Part shown: positions 50,103 through 62,803 of the stretch, piece by piece
Layout of the letters: each line of letters begins with the position of its first letter
Numbering within the stretch: the stretch's first letter is position 1
DNA from: Eledone cirrhosa
Taxonomy: Eukaryota
Direction: 5' to 3'
Length of the DNA stretch: 64,000 nucleotides
Assembly: GCA_964016885.1 (NCBI GenBank)
Contig: OZ024743.1
Location: forward strand, 86,304,001 to 86,368,000
Made by a program: the position numbers and the translations under genes
The notes under the pieces: generated by a model
What the model was told of the DNA's origin: nothing
Database searches by the model: none
Seen by the model: the letters and a program-made list of their open reading frames with translations, nothing else

Positions 50103-50736
50103 GTCATTCTCAGCCGAGTCTCCAGGCGATGCGCGGACACTGGGGACTCATATAAAAATAATAATAATTCGGCAACTGGAACAGCTATCGAGGACTGGAT
50201 TCCAGCCACTGAAAATTCTCACTGCCACTGATCATATGGCCGATTCTAAAGAATCAATCACGTGACACAGAGGCTAGTTAGTAGGAATGGGATGGTAAGA
50301 TGACAGACGCCTACTAACACCCCCCAAAAAAAATTTTTAGAAGTGGTTTTGGCAGGTTTGCTCGACAAATCAGTGATTTGGAGATAAATATAGATAATTT
50401 AATATCTTATATTTAATATTTTATCTCCAAATTTTATAAATATTTAATATTTTATCTCCAAATCACTGATTTGTCGAGCAAACCTGCCAAAACCACTTCT
50501 AAAAATTTTTTTTGGGGGGTGTTAGTAGGCGTCTGTCATCTTACCATCCCATTCCTACTAACTAGCCTCTGTGTCACGTGATTGATTCTTTAGAATCGGC
50601 CATATGATCAGTGGCAGTGAGAATTTTCAGTGGCTGGAATCCAGTCCTCGATAGCTGTTCCAGTTGCCGAATTATTATTATTTTTATATGAGTCCCCAGT
50701 GTCCGCGCATCGCCTGGAGACTCGGCTGAGAATGAC

Positions 50737-50816
50737 CTCCCTGATGACGCAATGAAATTCTCAACAGTTCATTACGTAACTGTCTTTATCCCATTGCAGA
50801 AACTAATTAGTTGGAG
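50737..50816 (+). ncRNA. Hammerhead ribozyme with extended stem II
   Basis: CTCC-CTGATGA-C-GCAATG..CATTGC-A-GAAAC-TAATTA-GTT^-GGAG. Confidence 0.75.
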
Positions 50817-50875
50817 TGAAAATTTAAGTTAATTTTTTTTAAAAATTTTTTTAAAGAAATTTTCTTATTTTACGT

Positions 50876-50967
<92 letters not shown>

Positions 50968-51279
50968 TATAAATGAAAATTCTCGCTCTACATGGCTGAA
51001 TACAATAAATGTAATCTGAGTTTTTCGAATATTAATAACATTCGATTCGTTTGCAATTATACAAACAAGCCTCAATTTTATAGCCATGTCAGTAGAATGA
51101 ACCCTTCATTCTTGCTCTTGTATTGGCATGTGAACAGAACTGCAGACACTAATGTTTCTGGGTATCACCCTTCATCAGTATAGCTCACTGTTCACCTGCC
51201 AAACCATCAGAGCTAGTGAAAATATATGCTATTTTCAAAAATATACAGTGACTGATCGGCCTGATTTGCATATTAGCAG

Positions 51280-51360
<81 letters not shown>

Positions 51361-51365
<5 letters not shown>

Positions 51366-51732
51366 TGTAGTTCCTGTCTGTTTGTTTGTTTGTTCACGAA
51401 CTCCTCCTATGGTTTTGGTAGAGATAGACCCCCATAACCATATATATTCTGAAACTACATTGCCCAGAGCACTTGGATAAGTATATTTCATTTTAATCAA
51501 AGGGTTCCCCGTGGGCACAAAACCCCCGCTGAAAATGTTTTCCCTTCGAATTATATGAAGTTTAAACCATAGGTAAATGACAAGATATGAAACCTATTCC
51601 CAAAATTTCAATAATATTAAGACACTCTAATGGAGTTTTTCTCCATAAATTATATCACTGATTTAAAATCAATCATCATTTTCTTACAAAAAAAATGTGT
51701 GAAACGCAGCAAGGCGCGGGTAATTCGGCTAA
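51361..51732 (+). mobile_element. Probable non-autonomous Helitron-like element
   Basis: Starts TATATAAA..GTCTGTTTGTTTG and ends with GC-rich GCAAGGCGCGGGTAA..GCTAAT (CTAG-like), in TA repeats. Confidence 0.5.
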
Positions 51733-51811
51733 TATATATATTAGCAAAGAACAAAACGTGCAGTACGAACAGTGTTCGTATTAGGTTCACGCTTAGGTGG
51801 GGGTGGGGGAC

Positions 51812-51839
51812 GACGTTTCGAGCATAATCCCTTCATCAG
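51812..51839 (-). ncRNA. Hammerhead core without intact stem I
   Basis: CTGATGA-A-GGG(attatg)CTC-GAAAC-GTC; flanks do not pair. Confidence 0.45.
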
Positions 51840-52075
51840 CAGACAGGTGGGAAGGAAAAGTGTTCCGAGAGGGTGTGAGGGGGAGTGGTGGAAAGACATT
51901 AAAATAAAGGGGGAAAAAATTAAAAAGGACAAAAAATAAAAATAAAAACAAGTGGTGAAAGGGTGTGAGGCGTGTAGAGGTGGTGGTGGGTGGATGGAGG
52001 GGGAGGGAGAGAGAAGAAGGAAATTGGGGGGTCCAAGCGGGGAGGGCAGAAGGTGGTGTATGTGCATGTGTGTAG

Positions 52076-52115
<40 letters not shown>

Positions 52116-52207
52116 TCATAGGGATATATGTATATGTATATTTCAACATAGTCACAGATGTGGCTCAATGAAAAGATTAATTAAGCAAATAATCATTAAT
52201 CAGAGCT

Positions 52208-52825
52208 ATATAAAATTGTAAGTTTGAAGAACAGTCAGATAAAATATATCCAATTTTTCTTCTCCTTAGTCCGTAGAAGTTAACTAGATAAATAATCATT
52301 TAAACGGAGCTAAGTTTAAAATGTAACTTCACAGAAATAACAGATAAATGACACAGACTATCCCCCGCGAGGAACAGTCAGATAAAATTTACCCAGTCTT
52401 TCCTCTTAGCCCGTAGAAATTAACTAGACAAATAATCAATTAAACGGAGCTATGTCTAAAATGTAAGTTTGAAGAAAAAATGTATATAAACTTTACCAAC
52501 ATTTTTCTATTCCCGACTATCGATAATTTCGCTCGTACTTTGTGGATATGTCCAACCCTGGTATTATCCATGAGGTTTCGAGCTTCTCAAGAGACCCCTT
52601 AGTTAGGACTAAAATTGCTACAGTGATCGCAGCCAGAAATGAATTCAAAATGGGTAAGAATTATCACGTGGCCAGCGGGGATAGTCTGTGTCATTTGTCT
52701 GTTATTTCTTCGAAGTTACATTTTAAACTTAGCTCCGTTTAAATGATTATTTATCTAGTTAATTTCTACGGACTAAGGAGAAGAAAAATTGGATATATTT
52801 TATCTGACTGTTCTTCAAACTTACG

Positions 52826-52835
<10 letters not shown>
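52208..52835. repeat. Foldback/MITE-like element with ~155 bp inverted arms and an internal partial tandem copy (52372-52475)
   Basis: GTAAGTTTGAAGAACAGTCAGATAAAA..GACTATCCCC matches rc 52675-52825. Confidence 0.75.
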
Positions 52836-52856
<21 letters not shown>

Positions 52857-52907
52857 GACCCTGTGATAAACAGGCTTAATAAAATGAATATTAAAACTCT
52901 ACTTCCG

Positions 52908-53382
52908 GGCATACGTCAAAATGGCCGGTCTCAAAAGTGAAACTAATTTTTGACAGTTACGTACACGTTATAAGAGTTATTTAAATATATATATATAAAA
53001 TAAAGGAGCAAATAAGAGCATGATATGAAGTCAGTCATGTGTGTGTGTATATATATGTGTGTGTGTGTGTGTAAACGAATGTAAAAGTACACACACATAT
53101 ACACTTATATATGCACACATACACACTATAATATATACACGTGTGTGTGTATATATGTGTGTGTGTGTAAAATTCTAGGAAACCTTATCTATGCCTTACA
53201 TATATTCTTTTACATTCGTTTACACACACACACACATATATACACACACACATGACTGACTTCATATCATGCTCTTATTTGCTCCTTTATTTTATATATA
53301 TAAATTTAAATAACTCTTATAACGTGTACGTAACTGTCAAAAATTAGTTTCACTTTTGAGACCGGCCGTTTTGACGTATGCC
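52908..53382. mobile_element. Long-TIR MITE (Mutator- or Merlin-like) with 9-bp TSD
   Basis: ~180 bp TIRs beginning GGCATACGTCAAAA; CTACTTCCG duplicated at 52899-52907 and 53383-53391. Confidence 0.82.
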
Positions 53383-53421
53383 CTACTTCCGTCCTTTCAC
53401 TCAGCCGTCAACGACAAACGG

Positions 53422-53456
<35 letters not shown>

Positions 53457-53753
53457 CGTGTAGTGTGTGTGTGTGTGCGCGTGCGTGTGCTTGTGTGTGT
53501 TTGTATGTGTGTTTGTATGTGTATATATCATATATATATATATATATCATGTTGAAGTTGTTATAAAATATGATGCTATCTGTTTTCCAGGCTGCAAACG
53601 CCATCTGATAACACACCTCTATATATAGAGCAGAGTGAGATAATCTTTTTTTATCGTATATCAGCAAGAAGTGACTCTTACAATTCAAATTTCACATTGT
53701 ATCACAAGTTATATCACAATTGTGAGATCAACTAAACTACTTACACGCTATAT

Positions 53754-54089
53754 CATTGGTTCCCAACCAGAGGGCCATGGCCCACCAGTGGGCCATAGCT
53801 AGTTATTGGGGGAGCCACGGGAATTAACTAAAAATCACAAAATTTTATACATAAAAAAGAAGAGTAGTTTCCTAACAATTTTTTCTTTTTCTTGCTTCAA
53901 ATTTTTATATTCAACTTTTTATCAACTTTCTACCTTTTCTAATTATGATTTTACTTCACAAATAAAAAGACATGCCAAAATTATTTCTACATAAAATATT
54001 ATATCAAAAATTTTAATTTTTTTTTGGGGGGCATACTGTTTTGCTATATCATTAAGGTGGAATTTATTATAAAAGGTTGGGAACCGCTG
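53754..54089. mobile_element. hAT (Charlie-like) MITE
   Basis: TIRs CATTGGTTCCCAACC / GGTTGGGAACCGCTG; 8-bp TSD CGCTATAT on both sides. Confidence 0.9.
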
Positions 54090-54376
54090 CGCTATATTAA
54101 CGCGTGGCTGAGTATTGCACAAACTCGAATACATTTACATACAGAGAGAGAAAGAGAGAAAGATGTATGTAGACATATATGTTTGTATGAATGTTTGTTT
54201 AGGTCTTGTAACCCAGCGGTTCGACTAAACGGGATCGATAAAACATGTACCAGACCTTTTAAAAAATAGTCCTGAGGAGATCGATAAGCTGGAACACCAC
54301 CATGGCACAGTGTAATGATTATAACTAGTAAAAGAATAAAATTATGTATTATGTATTTGTGAATGTGTGTACGCAC

Positions 54377-54420
<44 letters not shown>

Positions 54421-55537
54421 TGTTATACTTGAGGAGGGTCATATTTGTGTAATATTGCCAGAATTAATAACAGAACACACTCACTGTTTGTTTGGTTTTC
54501 GCTTTTCGCTTCTGTGTCTTTTATATCTAATTTATTCGGTCCTCAATGTTGCCATTGACTGACCAACGGTCAAAAATACAGATACAATATAGACACAAAC
54601 ACATATATATAGTCTATCAAAGTTCTTTCCTTGCACATCTGCAACACCGTCAGTGGTGCTATTGTTTCCTCCCGTTGCATTGTATTTTCTACGCCATCTT
54701 TATTTAGTCTGTTTATATATTTATTTATTTGTTTATTTTATTTTGTCTTCTTTGCACATGCGTTTGCGTGTGTGTATAGTGTTTTGTTTGATGTGTGTTC
54801 GTGATTGGGTGACTGTGTATTGGTTAATGTATTCTATCTTTACTAGTGTGTGTTTATATGTGTTTGTTGTTATTGTGCTTGTGTATGTATTTATTTATTA
54901 TCTATTTATTTATTTATTTATTTATACTTCACTTAGGTCAGTGTTGTTTGTTTGGGTGTGGTTGTTATTCCATTCATTTTTTCTGTTTAGCCTTGGCCTT
55001 CTAAGTTCTATTTCACTGGCCTCTCTGATTTGCCTATTTGCTGGGTCATTTCTATGTTTAGATATTATTCTAATTTCTATGTTGTCTATGTTATCGTCGT
55101 GTTGTTTTCTGGCATGTTCGTATAGTACTGAACCGTTTTTTTCGTCCTTTTAGTTCCCCCCAGTGTTGGTCTCTCCTTTCACCTATGCTACGAGCTGTCT
55201 CGCCTATGTATGTTGTTGTCATGTTTCTGCAAGTACCCTCTGTACATCTTATGCTATAGACTACGGATGAATAAGAAAAAACTAGAAGAAAGGATAATAG
55301 AATATTCTCAAAAATACCCAGATAACATCAACAATATCCGTATGACTGATGTAAAACTAACGAAGAATTTACCAATGACCACACAGTAAATATTTATGGG
55401 AACACTTTAATCAGTGAACAAGAACAACAAATCCTGCAGCTACCACCAAAATTTGCCATCTACAAAAAGATTAACCCTACTGACTGCAAACGGAGCTGGA
55501 AAAGTGTTTCATAAAAATACGTTGGAATGCAAAAGTA

Positions 55538-56140
55538 AACAACAACAACAACTATACGGACAACAACAACAATAATAACGGTAGTAGTAATATAAACAAT
55601 AACTCAGAGTATAGAAATAACAGCTATAATAGTAATAGTCATAACAATAACAATAGCAGCAGAGTGAGAGATAGTATTAATGGTAATAATATTAACGATA
55701 GACAGAACAACAACAACCACAATAATAATAATAATAGAAACATTAACTACAGACACAGCAGCAGCGACCACAGTAGTAATAACGGTAACAATACGAATAA
55801 CAACAACAACAACCACAGTGGTAATAATAGAAATAATACATGTAGCAACATTAATGATAGACACAACAAAAACAAGAAACATAATAAAAGTAACAACCAC
55901 AATAGTAGAAATAACAATAACAACAACAATAACAGTGGAGAAAACAACAACAATACATCTAACAATCACAGCAACAATACATCTAGCAATCATAACAACA
56001 ATACATCTAACAATCACAGCAACAATATATCTAGCAATCATAACAATAATAATAATAATGCTAATGATAGGAACAACAACAACCACCATAATAACAATAA
56101 TAGCAACACACACAACTATGACGATAGATATAATGACAAC
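55538..56140 (+). repeat. AAC/AAT-rich low-complexity tract, Asn-rich in the PLE frame
   Basis: ORF 55664-56182 and upstream in-frame sequence. Confidence 0.9.
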
Positions 56141-56183
56141 CCCTTAGAGAAACTATTCTTCAACCCAGCTGACAAAACATAAG

Positions 56184-58451
56184 ATGGGTAATATCTATCC
56201 TACGAGGTTACCCTTTAATAAAAGAGTTTGCATACCACAACAAATAGATGACGAGACAGAGGCACAGTTCACCATAGCTAGAAATAAGATTAGACAAATA
56301 GTAGTCCGGTATACTAAGAGACAGAGCAGACCAGAGGTCCCACAACTTGGGAGGAAACCTGTAGAAGGCTTGGTTAGCCTCAAGCAGCGCACAAGGGATG
56401 GTGAGGTAGTATGTCTACTCACGGATAAGTCTGGTAGGATGTCAATAGATAGCATGCCGAACTACATCAAGGCTATGCAACCCCACATCACCAACACGAG
56501 CGAAATTGCACAGAAAATACATGATGGGAGAGAGAAAATCCTCAACGCTCACATGATGATGTGGACCGACATCCTAAAGCCAAGCAGACGCACTGCCAAC
56601 AACTCCCAGGCGTCTAACAATGGCATACCACCCTTGTATGGGCTCCGCAAAGACCACAAGACAGTCGACGACCTGACAACAGGACCACCAACAAGAGCCG
56701 TATGCGGAGCAAATATAGCTAGCAACTACAGGATCTCCTACTTCCTCTCAATGGTTATACGCCCCATAATCAAGATGTCCCCAGATGTATGTGACAGTAC
56801 AGAGAACCTCCTCAGCAGAATCAGTGAGTGCAACAAAAACAGGAACCTATCCAACTGCATAATAGGCAGCATGGATGTGGTATCACTGTACCCATCCATT
56901 AACATTGATTTTGCTGTGGAAAAATGTGTGGAGATGATCATTGAGAGTGAGGTGGAGTTCTGCGACGTCGACACAGGCGAACTGGGCCTCCTACTTAGAC
57001 TTACCTACGACACTGACTACCTAGACAGCCATGACCTTAGACGTTTCTGCCCCAGTAGACCCATAATAGGTAGACCCTCCACCATAACCTCAATGGCTAA
57101 AAAGACTCCCATGGGAAGGTGGATTGGGTGGACCAAAGCTATACGGACCTCCCAAAACAATGATCAGGTAAGAAAAATGGTCGCACATGCAATAGGGGCT
57201 AGTATCAAAACTACCTTAAAGGGCCACATATTCAAGTTCAACGAGAAGATCTACACCCAAAATGAGGGAGCAGCCATTGGCGTCAGCATAGCTGGTGACG
57301 TTGCCAACCTTTTTATGGTATGGTGGGAAAGGAGACTTAAAGATCTCCTTAATGAGAGCTCCATAGACCTCATCATGCACTCTCGTTACGTAGACGATAT
57401 CAATATAGTTATAAGAACATCCCCACAAGAGAGCACTAACAAGTTTGATTTAGAACGTAGCACAATGGAAAGCATCCAGCAGATAGCTAATTCCATACAC
57501 CAAAGTATAACTGTAACTATCGACTACCCTTCCAAACACCCTAACAATAGACTACCTGTATTAGACACGGAACTCTGGATTAACACTATAGACGAGAGAG
57601 CCCAAATTCTCCACTCACACTATGCTAAACCCATGGCCTCCAAATACCTGATACTCAAAAACTCAGCAATGTCCAGTAGTGCTAAGTTTAATATTCTGAT
57701 CGCAGACTTGGTACGAGTGATGAAGAACGTGTCCCGCATGTGCGACCCAACAGAAATGGAAAGACACATCCAACACTTCATCAACCGCATGCAGTTCTCT
57801 GGCTACAACCAAAGAGACAGGATCAGAGTATACGAAGGAGCCACGGAGAAGTATAAGACCCTCATAGAACTGGACATGAAAGGAATTTGCCCATTATACA
57901 GGAGCAAATCATGGAATAGCTTAGATAGGGCTAGACATAAGATAGGGAAAGCCACCTCATGGTACGACAACCAGAGATACCAGAGTGTCATGTTTGTGGA
58001 AGCTACTCCTGGAGGGAAATTAGCTAACCAGTGTAGAAAGGCCCTGAGAAAGACCCACTTAAAGATTAAGGTGGTAGAAAAGCCAGGAACCACCATAAAA
58101 TCCCTGATCAGTAAAACCTACCCTTTTAAGAAAACCCACTGTACTAATAGGAAATGTATCATATGTAAGGTAAACCCCCGGATAAACTGTAAAACTAGAA
58201 ACGTAGTCTATAGCATAAGATATACAGAGGGTACTTGCAGAAACATGACAACAACATACATAGGCGAGAGAGCTCGTAGCATAGGTGAAAGGATAGACCA
58301 ACACTGGGGGGGGGGGGGGGGGCTAAAAGGACGAAAAAACGGTTCAGTACTATACGAACATGCCAAACAACAACACGACGGTAACATAGACAACATAGAA
58401 ATTAGAATAATATCTAAACATAGAAATGACCCAGCAGATAGAATACATTAA
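56184..58451 (+). CDS. PLE reverse transcriptase + Cys linker + GIY-YIG endonuclease (755 aa; upstream part 55270-56183 disrupted, C-terminus truncated by deletion)
   Basis: DKSG, LYGLRKDHK, SMDVVSLYPSI, QNEGAAIG, RYVDD, LPVLD, CTNRKCIIC..C, VVYSI..YIGE..R..H. Confidence 0.9.
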   Translation: MGNIYPTRLPFNKRVCIPQQIDDETEAQFTIARNKIRQIVVRYTKRQSRPEVPQLGRKPVEGLVSLKQRTRDGEVVCLLTDKSGRMSIDSMPNYIKAMQPHITNTSEIAQKIHDGREKILNAHMMMWTDILKPSRRTANNSQASNNGIPPLYGLRKDHKTVDDLTTGPPTRAVCGANIASNYRISYFLSMVIRPIIKMSPDVCDSTENLLSRISECNKNRNLSNCIIGSMDVVSLYPSINIDFAVEKCVEMIIESEVEFCDVDTGELGLLLRLTYDTDYLDSHDLRRFCPSRPIIGRPSTITSMAKKTPMGRWIGWTKAIRTSQNNDQVRKMVAHAIGASIKTTLKGHIFKFNEKIYTQNEGAAIGVSIAGDVANLFMVWWERRLKDLLNESSIDLIMHSRYVDDINIVIRTSPQESTNKFDLERSTMESIQQIANSIHQSITVTIDYPSKHPNNRLPVLDTELWINTIDERAQILHSHYAKPMASKYLILKNSAMSSSAKFNILIADLVRVMKNVSRMCDPTEMERHIQHFINRMQFSGYNQRDRIRVYEGATEKYKTLIELDMKGICPLYRSKSWNSLDRARHKIGKATSWYDNQRYQSVMFVEATPGGKLANQCRKALRKTHLKIKVVEKPGTTIKSLISKTYPFKKTHCTNRKCIICKVNPRINCKTRNVVYSIRYTEGTCRNMTTTYIGERARSIGERIDQHWGGGGGLKGRKNGSVLYEHAKQQHDGNIDNIEIRIISKHRNDPADRIH

Positions 58452-58921
58452 CCAATACACAGTCACCCAATCACGAACACACATCAAACAAAACACTATA
58501 CACACACGCAAACGCATGCGCAAAGAAGACAAAATAAAATAAACAAATAAATAAATATATAAACAGACTAAATAAAGATGGCGTAGAAAATACAATGCAA
58601 CGGGAGGAAACAATAGCACCTCTGACGATGTTGCAGATGTGCAACGAAAGAACTTTGATAAACTATATATATGTGTTTGTGTCTATATTGTATCTGTATT
58701 TTTGACCGTTGGTCAGTCAATGGCAACATTGAGGACCGAATAAATTAAATTACCGATATAAAAGACACAGAAGCAAAAAGCGAAAACCAACCAAACAGTG
58801 AGTGTGTTCTGTTATTAATTCTGGCAATATTACACAAATATGACCCTCCCCAAGTATAACAATATTTGTTTCGACACACGATTTCATATAAAAAACCTCG
58901 CAAACTAATTCATCGCCGTTA

Positions 58922-58947
<26 letters not shown>

Positions 58948-58952
<5 letters not shown>

Positions 58953-59716
58953 ACAATACAATATAATTACCTCATTACCAGAGGTTTCCCGAATAAGACG
59001 AATACGAAAAACGTCCTCACTCGTTTATCGGACAAGGCAATTTAAAACATACTGAAATATTTGAAAAATCTCCCCAAGAAAGGCAAAAGTTTAACGGGCA
59101 AAAAAAATATATAAATAAAAGTAATGCAAAAGATATATAAAAACATAAGGAAATATAGTTAGGGTATGTGTATATGTATGTATATACACTCACAAATGTA
59201 CATATGTGTGTATGTACAAATGCATGTGTATGGTGAAAATGTGTGCGTAAGTACATATATGAGGGCAAGTATATTTGTGTAGGTGTGACCACAAATACGT
59301 ATATAATATGAGTTGAAAAAGAAATTGTAAGATAATATAGTTAACACACATGCATATACAGGTATTAAATATATACACATACGAGTATGAAAGCACGCGT
59401 ATAAACACACACACACGCGCGATCACTTATATGCGGAAGATAAATAGGGAAGGGAGTGTAATATAGTAAAAAGAAGTGTCAATCTCGATATATGTATAAA
59501 AATGAAGCAATATATGAGAATGAAAAAAATTTTTTTAAATCAAAGAGAAAAAAGAAAACAAACATAGGTACGCACGTACACACATACATATATATAAATA
59601 TATATACATAAAAATACGTACAGACAAAAGCGCGTGCATGCGTACATACATACACACGAGGCACGTATATATATATATATATCGCCACATGTATATCTAA
59701 TCACACGTACGTACGC

Positions 59717-59790
<74 letters not shown>

Positions 59791-62243
59791 GCCCATACAT
59801 ACATATACATACATATACACATACATTCACCCACATACACACACACGTATAAATAAGTATGTAAAAAACATAGATATAAAAACACACATACACACACATA
59901 TATACGCACGCACACATACGGAGGCGTTCGTATACATATACAGAACGTATGCACACTCACACGCATAGATACAAATTATAAACCAGCCGCATGAATAAAT
60001 GAGTACAAATATAAAATCGGCTGCGAAACAACAGAATATATCTTGAGTGGAAAATGCAAGTGACATGTTGTATCAGGTAGTGAAAGAAATGGGGAAATAA
60101 AATGTGGAATGTGATGATATTAGGTAAGTGAATCAAAAAGTAGGTGGGGGGGGGGGTACTGGTGGATGTGAAGTAAAAATAAAAATAAAATTAAAAATGA
60201 AAGTAAATCAGAAAGAGAAGTCTGTAAAGAGGATAATTTAAGGAAAGTGAAGAACAAGAGTTTATGGAGGATAAGTATCTGAAAGTGAGTTAAGTTTATA
60301 TGAGCTGGAAAGCAAGTGTGATTTCATGTGTGGGCAACTGGTGAAAATTTCTGTTTTTGCGTTTAGGCAGGTTTTTGGTGATTTAAGGTTCTGTAAAATC
60401 CAATATTTTTCACTTATGCAGAGTGTGCATCTTCTTGTTCCGCTTGCATATTCTTTAGATTGGTTCAAAATTGACCAATCCAATTTATATTGGATACCTT
60501 GGTCTTTCAAATCCCATATTCTGCTAGCCAGAGCTGTTGTAAATCTTTTTTCTGGATGTCAGAAAGATGCGACATGTGAGTAATAATGCGTTTTGAATTT
60601 GTCTTGTGTCATACCCACATATCGTTCGCTGGTGGCTGGTAGGTTGTTGCTGATGGTTGTCACTTTAGCCGCATAAACAATGGCTTTGGTGTTGCATTTA
60701 CCTTGTAATGGGCATTCACTTTTGACTCTACAGGAGCAATTTTGATGTTCTCTGGGTGTTTTCTTATTGATGATATAAGATTTAATAGGGGGACCGCAGG
60801 AGTAGCTAATTTTGACACAGTTTCTATTGAAGATCTTATAGTATCTATGTGTTCTAGGGAAATGTTTATCTAAGAGCTCTAGGAATTTTTTGCCTACATT
60901 AGTTTTAACTGCTAGAGAGTAGGGGTGTGTGAACCAGATTATTTTTCTTTTCCTATTATTATGTTTAAAGGAGTTAGTATTGTTGGGTATGTACTTAATC
61001 GGTTCGCTAAATTCGCTATTTTGAAGGGCTTTATTATAGTAGGGGGATGCCTTATTGAAAATAGCTTCTGAGGAAGAGAGGGTGGAGATCCTACGGCTAA
61101 TATTAGGGATAAGGTTTTTAAAAACTATAGGAGGATGACAAGAGCCTTTATTTATATATTTTAAATTTTCATTAGGTTTATGGTACGGTTTTTAAGAAGC
61201 AATAGGCAGATCTAGGTTTATATCTAGAAAATTAACATTGGAAAGGTTAGTGTCAATAGTAATTTTAAGATTAAAACTAGCGAAGGTTTTTATTAAGTCT
61301 TTCCTTAATCTATCTAAGTTATGGCCTATGGTGGTATGGGAAAGTATTAGACCATCGTCGCGCCAAAAATATGGTTAGGGAATTTTTCTTTAAGTGTGTG
61401 TAGGAGGAATAGGCCGACTAAATCACAAACATCAGCAGTCAAAAGAACCCATTGAGACATCGAATAGGTTCTCTGGGTTAGATATTTTTACCCAAGTGTC
61501 ATTATTAGTAAAAAGTAGAGTGTTTCTAGCCTGCAAGATGACATTCTCTTCAATATCAGAAATATTGATAAACTTTCTAGCGAAATTTAAGGCTTTCGCT
61601 AAAAGAGGGGGAGTAATAGACGGGTAGAAGTCTACAATGTTAAATTGGGTGAATCTAGAACTATTTTTATCTTTAATATTATTAAATCAATGTACTACGG
61701 AAGAGCTATTTATCCATTGGAGTAATTCAGACTTACTTCTAATTTGTGTGTTTATATTATTATTTTTGCTAGTAAGACTGATATCAGTCTTAGCAGGGTT
61801 GATTAATCTACAACTAGGACGATTAATAAAATCAGGTTTGTGATCTTTGAGGGTGATATAGGCATTACGTTTAGCAAGTTTTTCTGTTCTATTATCTATT
61901 TTTAAAACACTAGCTAATTCTTTAGCTTCCCTATTTATATTATTATACGTCTTTATATTAGCTATTTGGTATTTAGAGGTGATGTTATCTATTAAGAGTT
62001 GGTCATGTAAATTATTATTAACTTCGTATCAGTTTTTAGTTTTGTCGGAGAAAATGAACTTATTTTTAGAGGATTTGAATATTGAAATATCATTAGATAG
62101 TTTAGATTGAAAAGGTTTTTTTTGCCCGTTAAACTCTTGCCTTTCTTGAGGAGATTTTTCAAATATTTCACAGGACGTTTTTCGTATTCGTCTTATTCGG
62201 GAAACCTCTGGTAATGAGGTAATTATATTGTATTGTTTATTAT
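58948..62243 (-). mobile_element. Second-type Penelope-like element (Naiad-like), pseudogenised, with inverted 5' pLTR fragment
   Basis: Minus strand ~62110-60262 reads SDKTKN, K..AYITLKDHKPDF, RLINPAK, FYPSIT, RDDGL, CSCRVKSECPLQGKC, AIVYAAK..YVGMT..FK, CTLCISEK. 58948-59107 = rc of 62114-62243. Degenerate hammerhead at ~58971-59035 (minus). Confidence 0.88.
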
Positions 62244-62318
62244 ACATTAAATTTAGCTCTGGTACTTACATATGACTTACTTCACTCCTATGACTTTTTC
62301 AATTTTCAACGGAAACTT

Positions 62319-62404
<86 letters not shown>

Positions 62405-62589
62405 GAGGTAAATATCTCACTGAGTACTAAGTACCCATAGAGATATATAGGGTGTCTATAATATAATTGTTGTTCTATGGTACTAATTCGAGATACCAGA
62501 ACTATAAAAATTGATGAGCAGAACAAACAAACATTAAACAATCCTTTAAATAAATTAAAAAATGATTTAAATATCTACCTGTTCATAAT

Positions 62590-62668
62590 GCTATTACCGG
62601 CGGTTTCTATCTACAAAAGATTGGAAATTCAGAGAATTTCCAACGGAAAGTAGATTTCATCAGATAGC
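62590..62668 (-). ncRNA. Hammerhead ribozyme, paralogue of 46002-46083
   Basis: GCTAT-CTGATGA-A-ATCTAC..GTAGAT-A-GAAACC-gcc-GGTA^-ATAGC. Confidence 0.82.
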
Positions 62669-62760
62669 TATTTCCTTTCCTTCGATATGCAAATTGGGCT
62701 ACTCAGCCGTTAATATGCATTAGGTAAGTATATACGTTCAATAATCTGGCAGGAAGGTAT

Positions 62761-62803
62761 ACGTTGCTGACGATAGCTAATAAGCTTGAAACTAGTACAT
62801 CGT
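62761..62803 (+). ncRNA. Minimal hammerhead ribozyme, paralogue of 41003-41045
   Basis: ACGTTG-CTGACGA-T-AGCT(aata)AGCT-T-GAAAC-TA-GTA^-CATCGT; region 62690-63010 is homologous to rc 40790-41125. Confidence 0.78.

Larger units (their letters stand above)
49946..50883. mobile_element. Non-coding foldback, ~440 bp near-identical arms, each with a hammerhead
   Basis: 49946-50388 = rc of ~50450-50883; AT-rich centre with short duplications. Confidence 0.85.
54419..58865 (+). mobile_element. Penelope-like element with inverted 5' pLTR
   Basis: 54419-55265 is an inverted copy of 58202-58865, where the downstream copy has a ~200 bp deletion near 58438. RT + GIY-YIG ORF lies between. Degenerate hammerheads at ~54616-54657 (minus) and 58618-58659 (plus). 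Confidence 0.92.
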
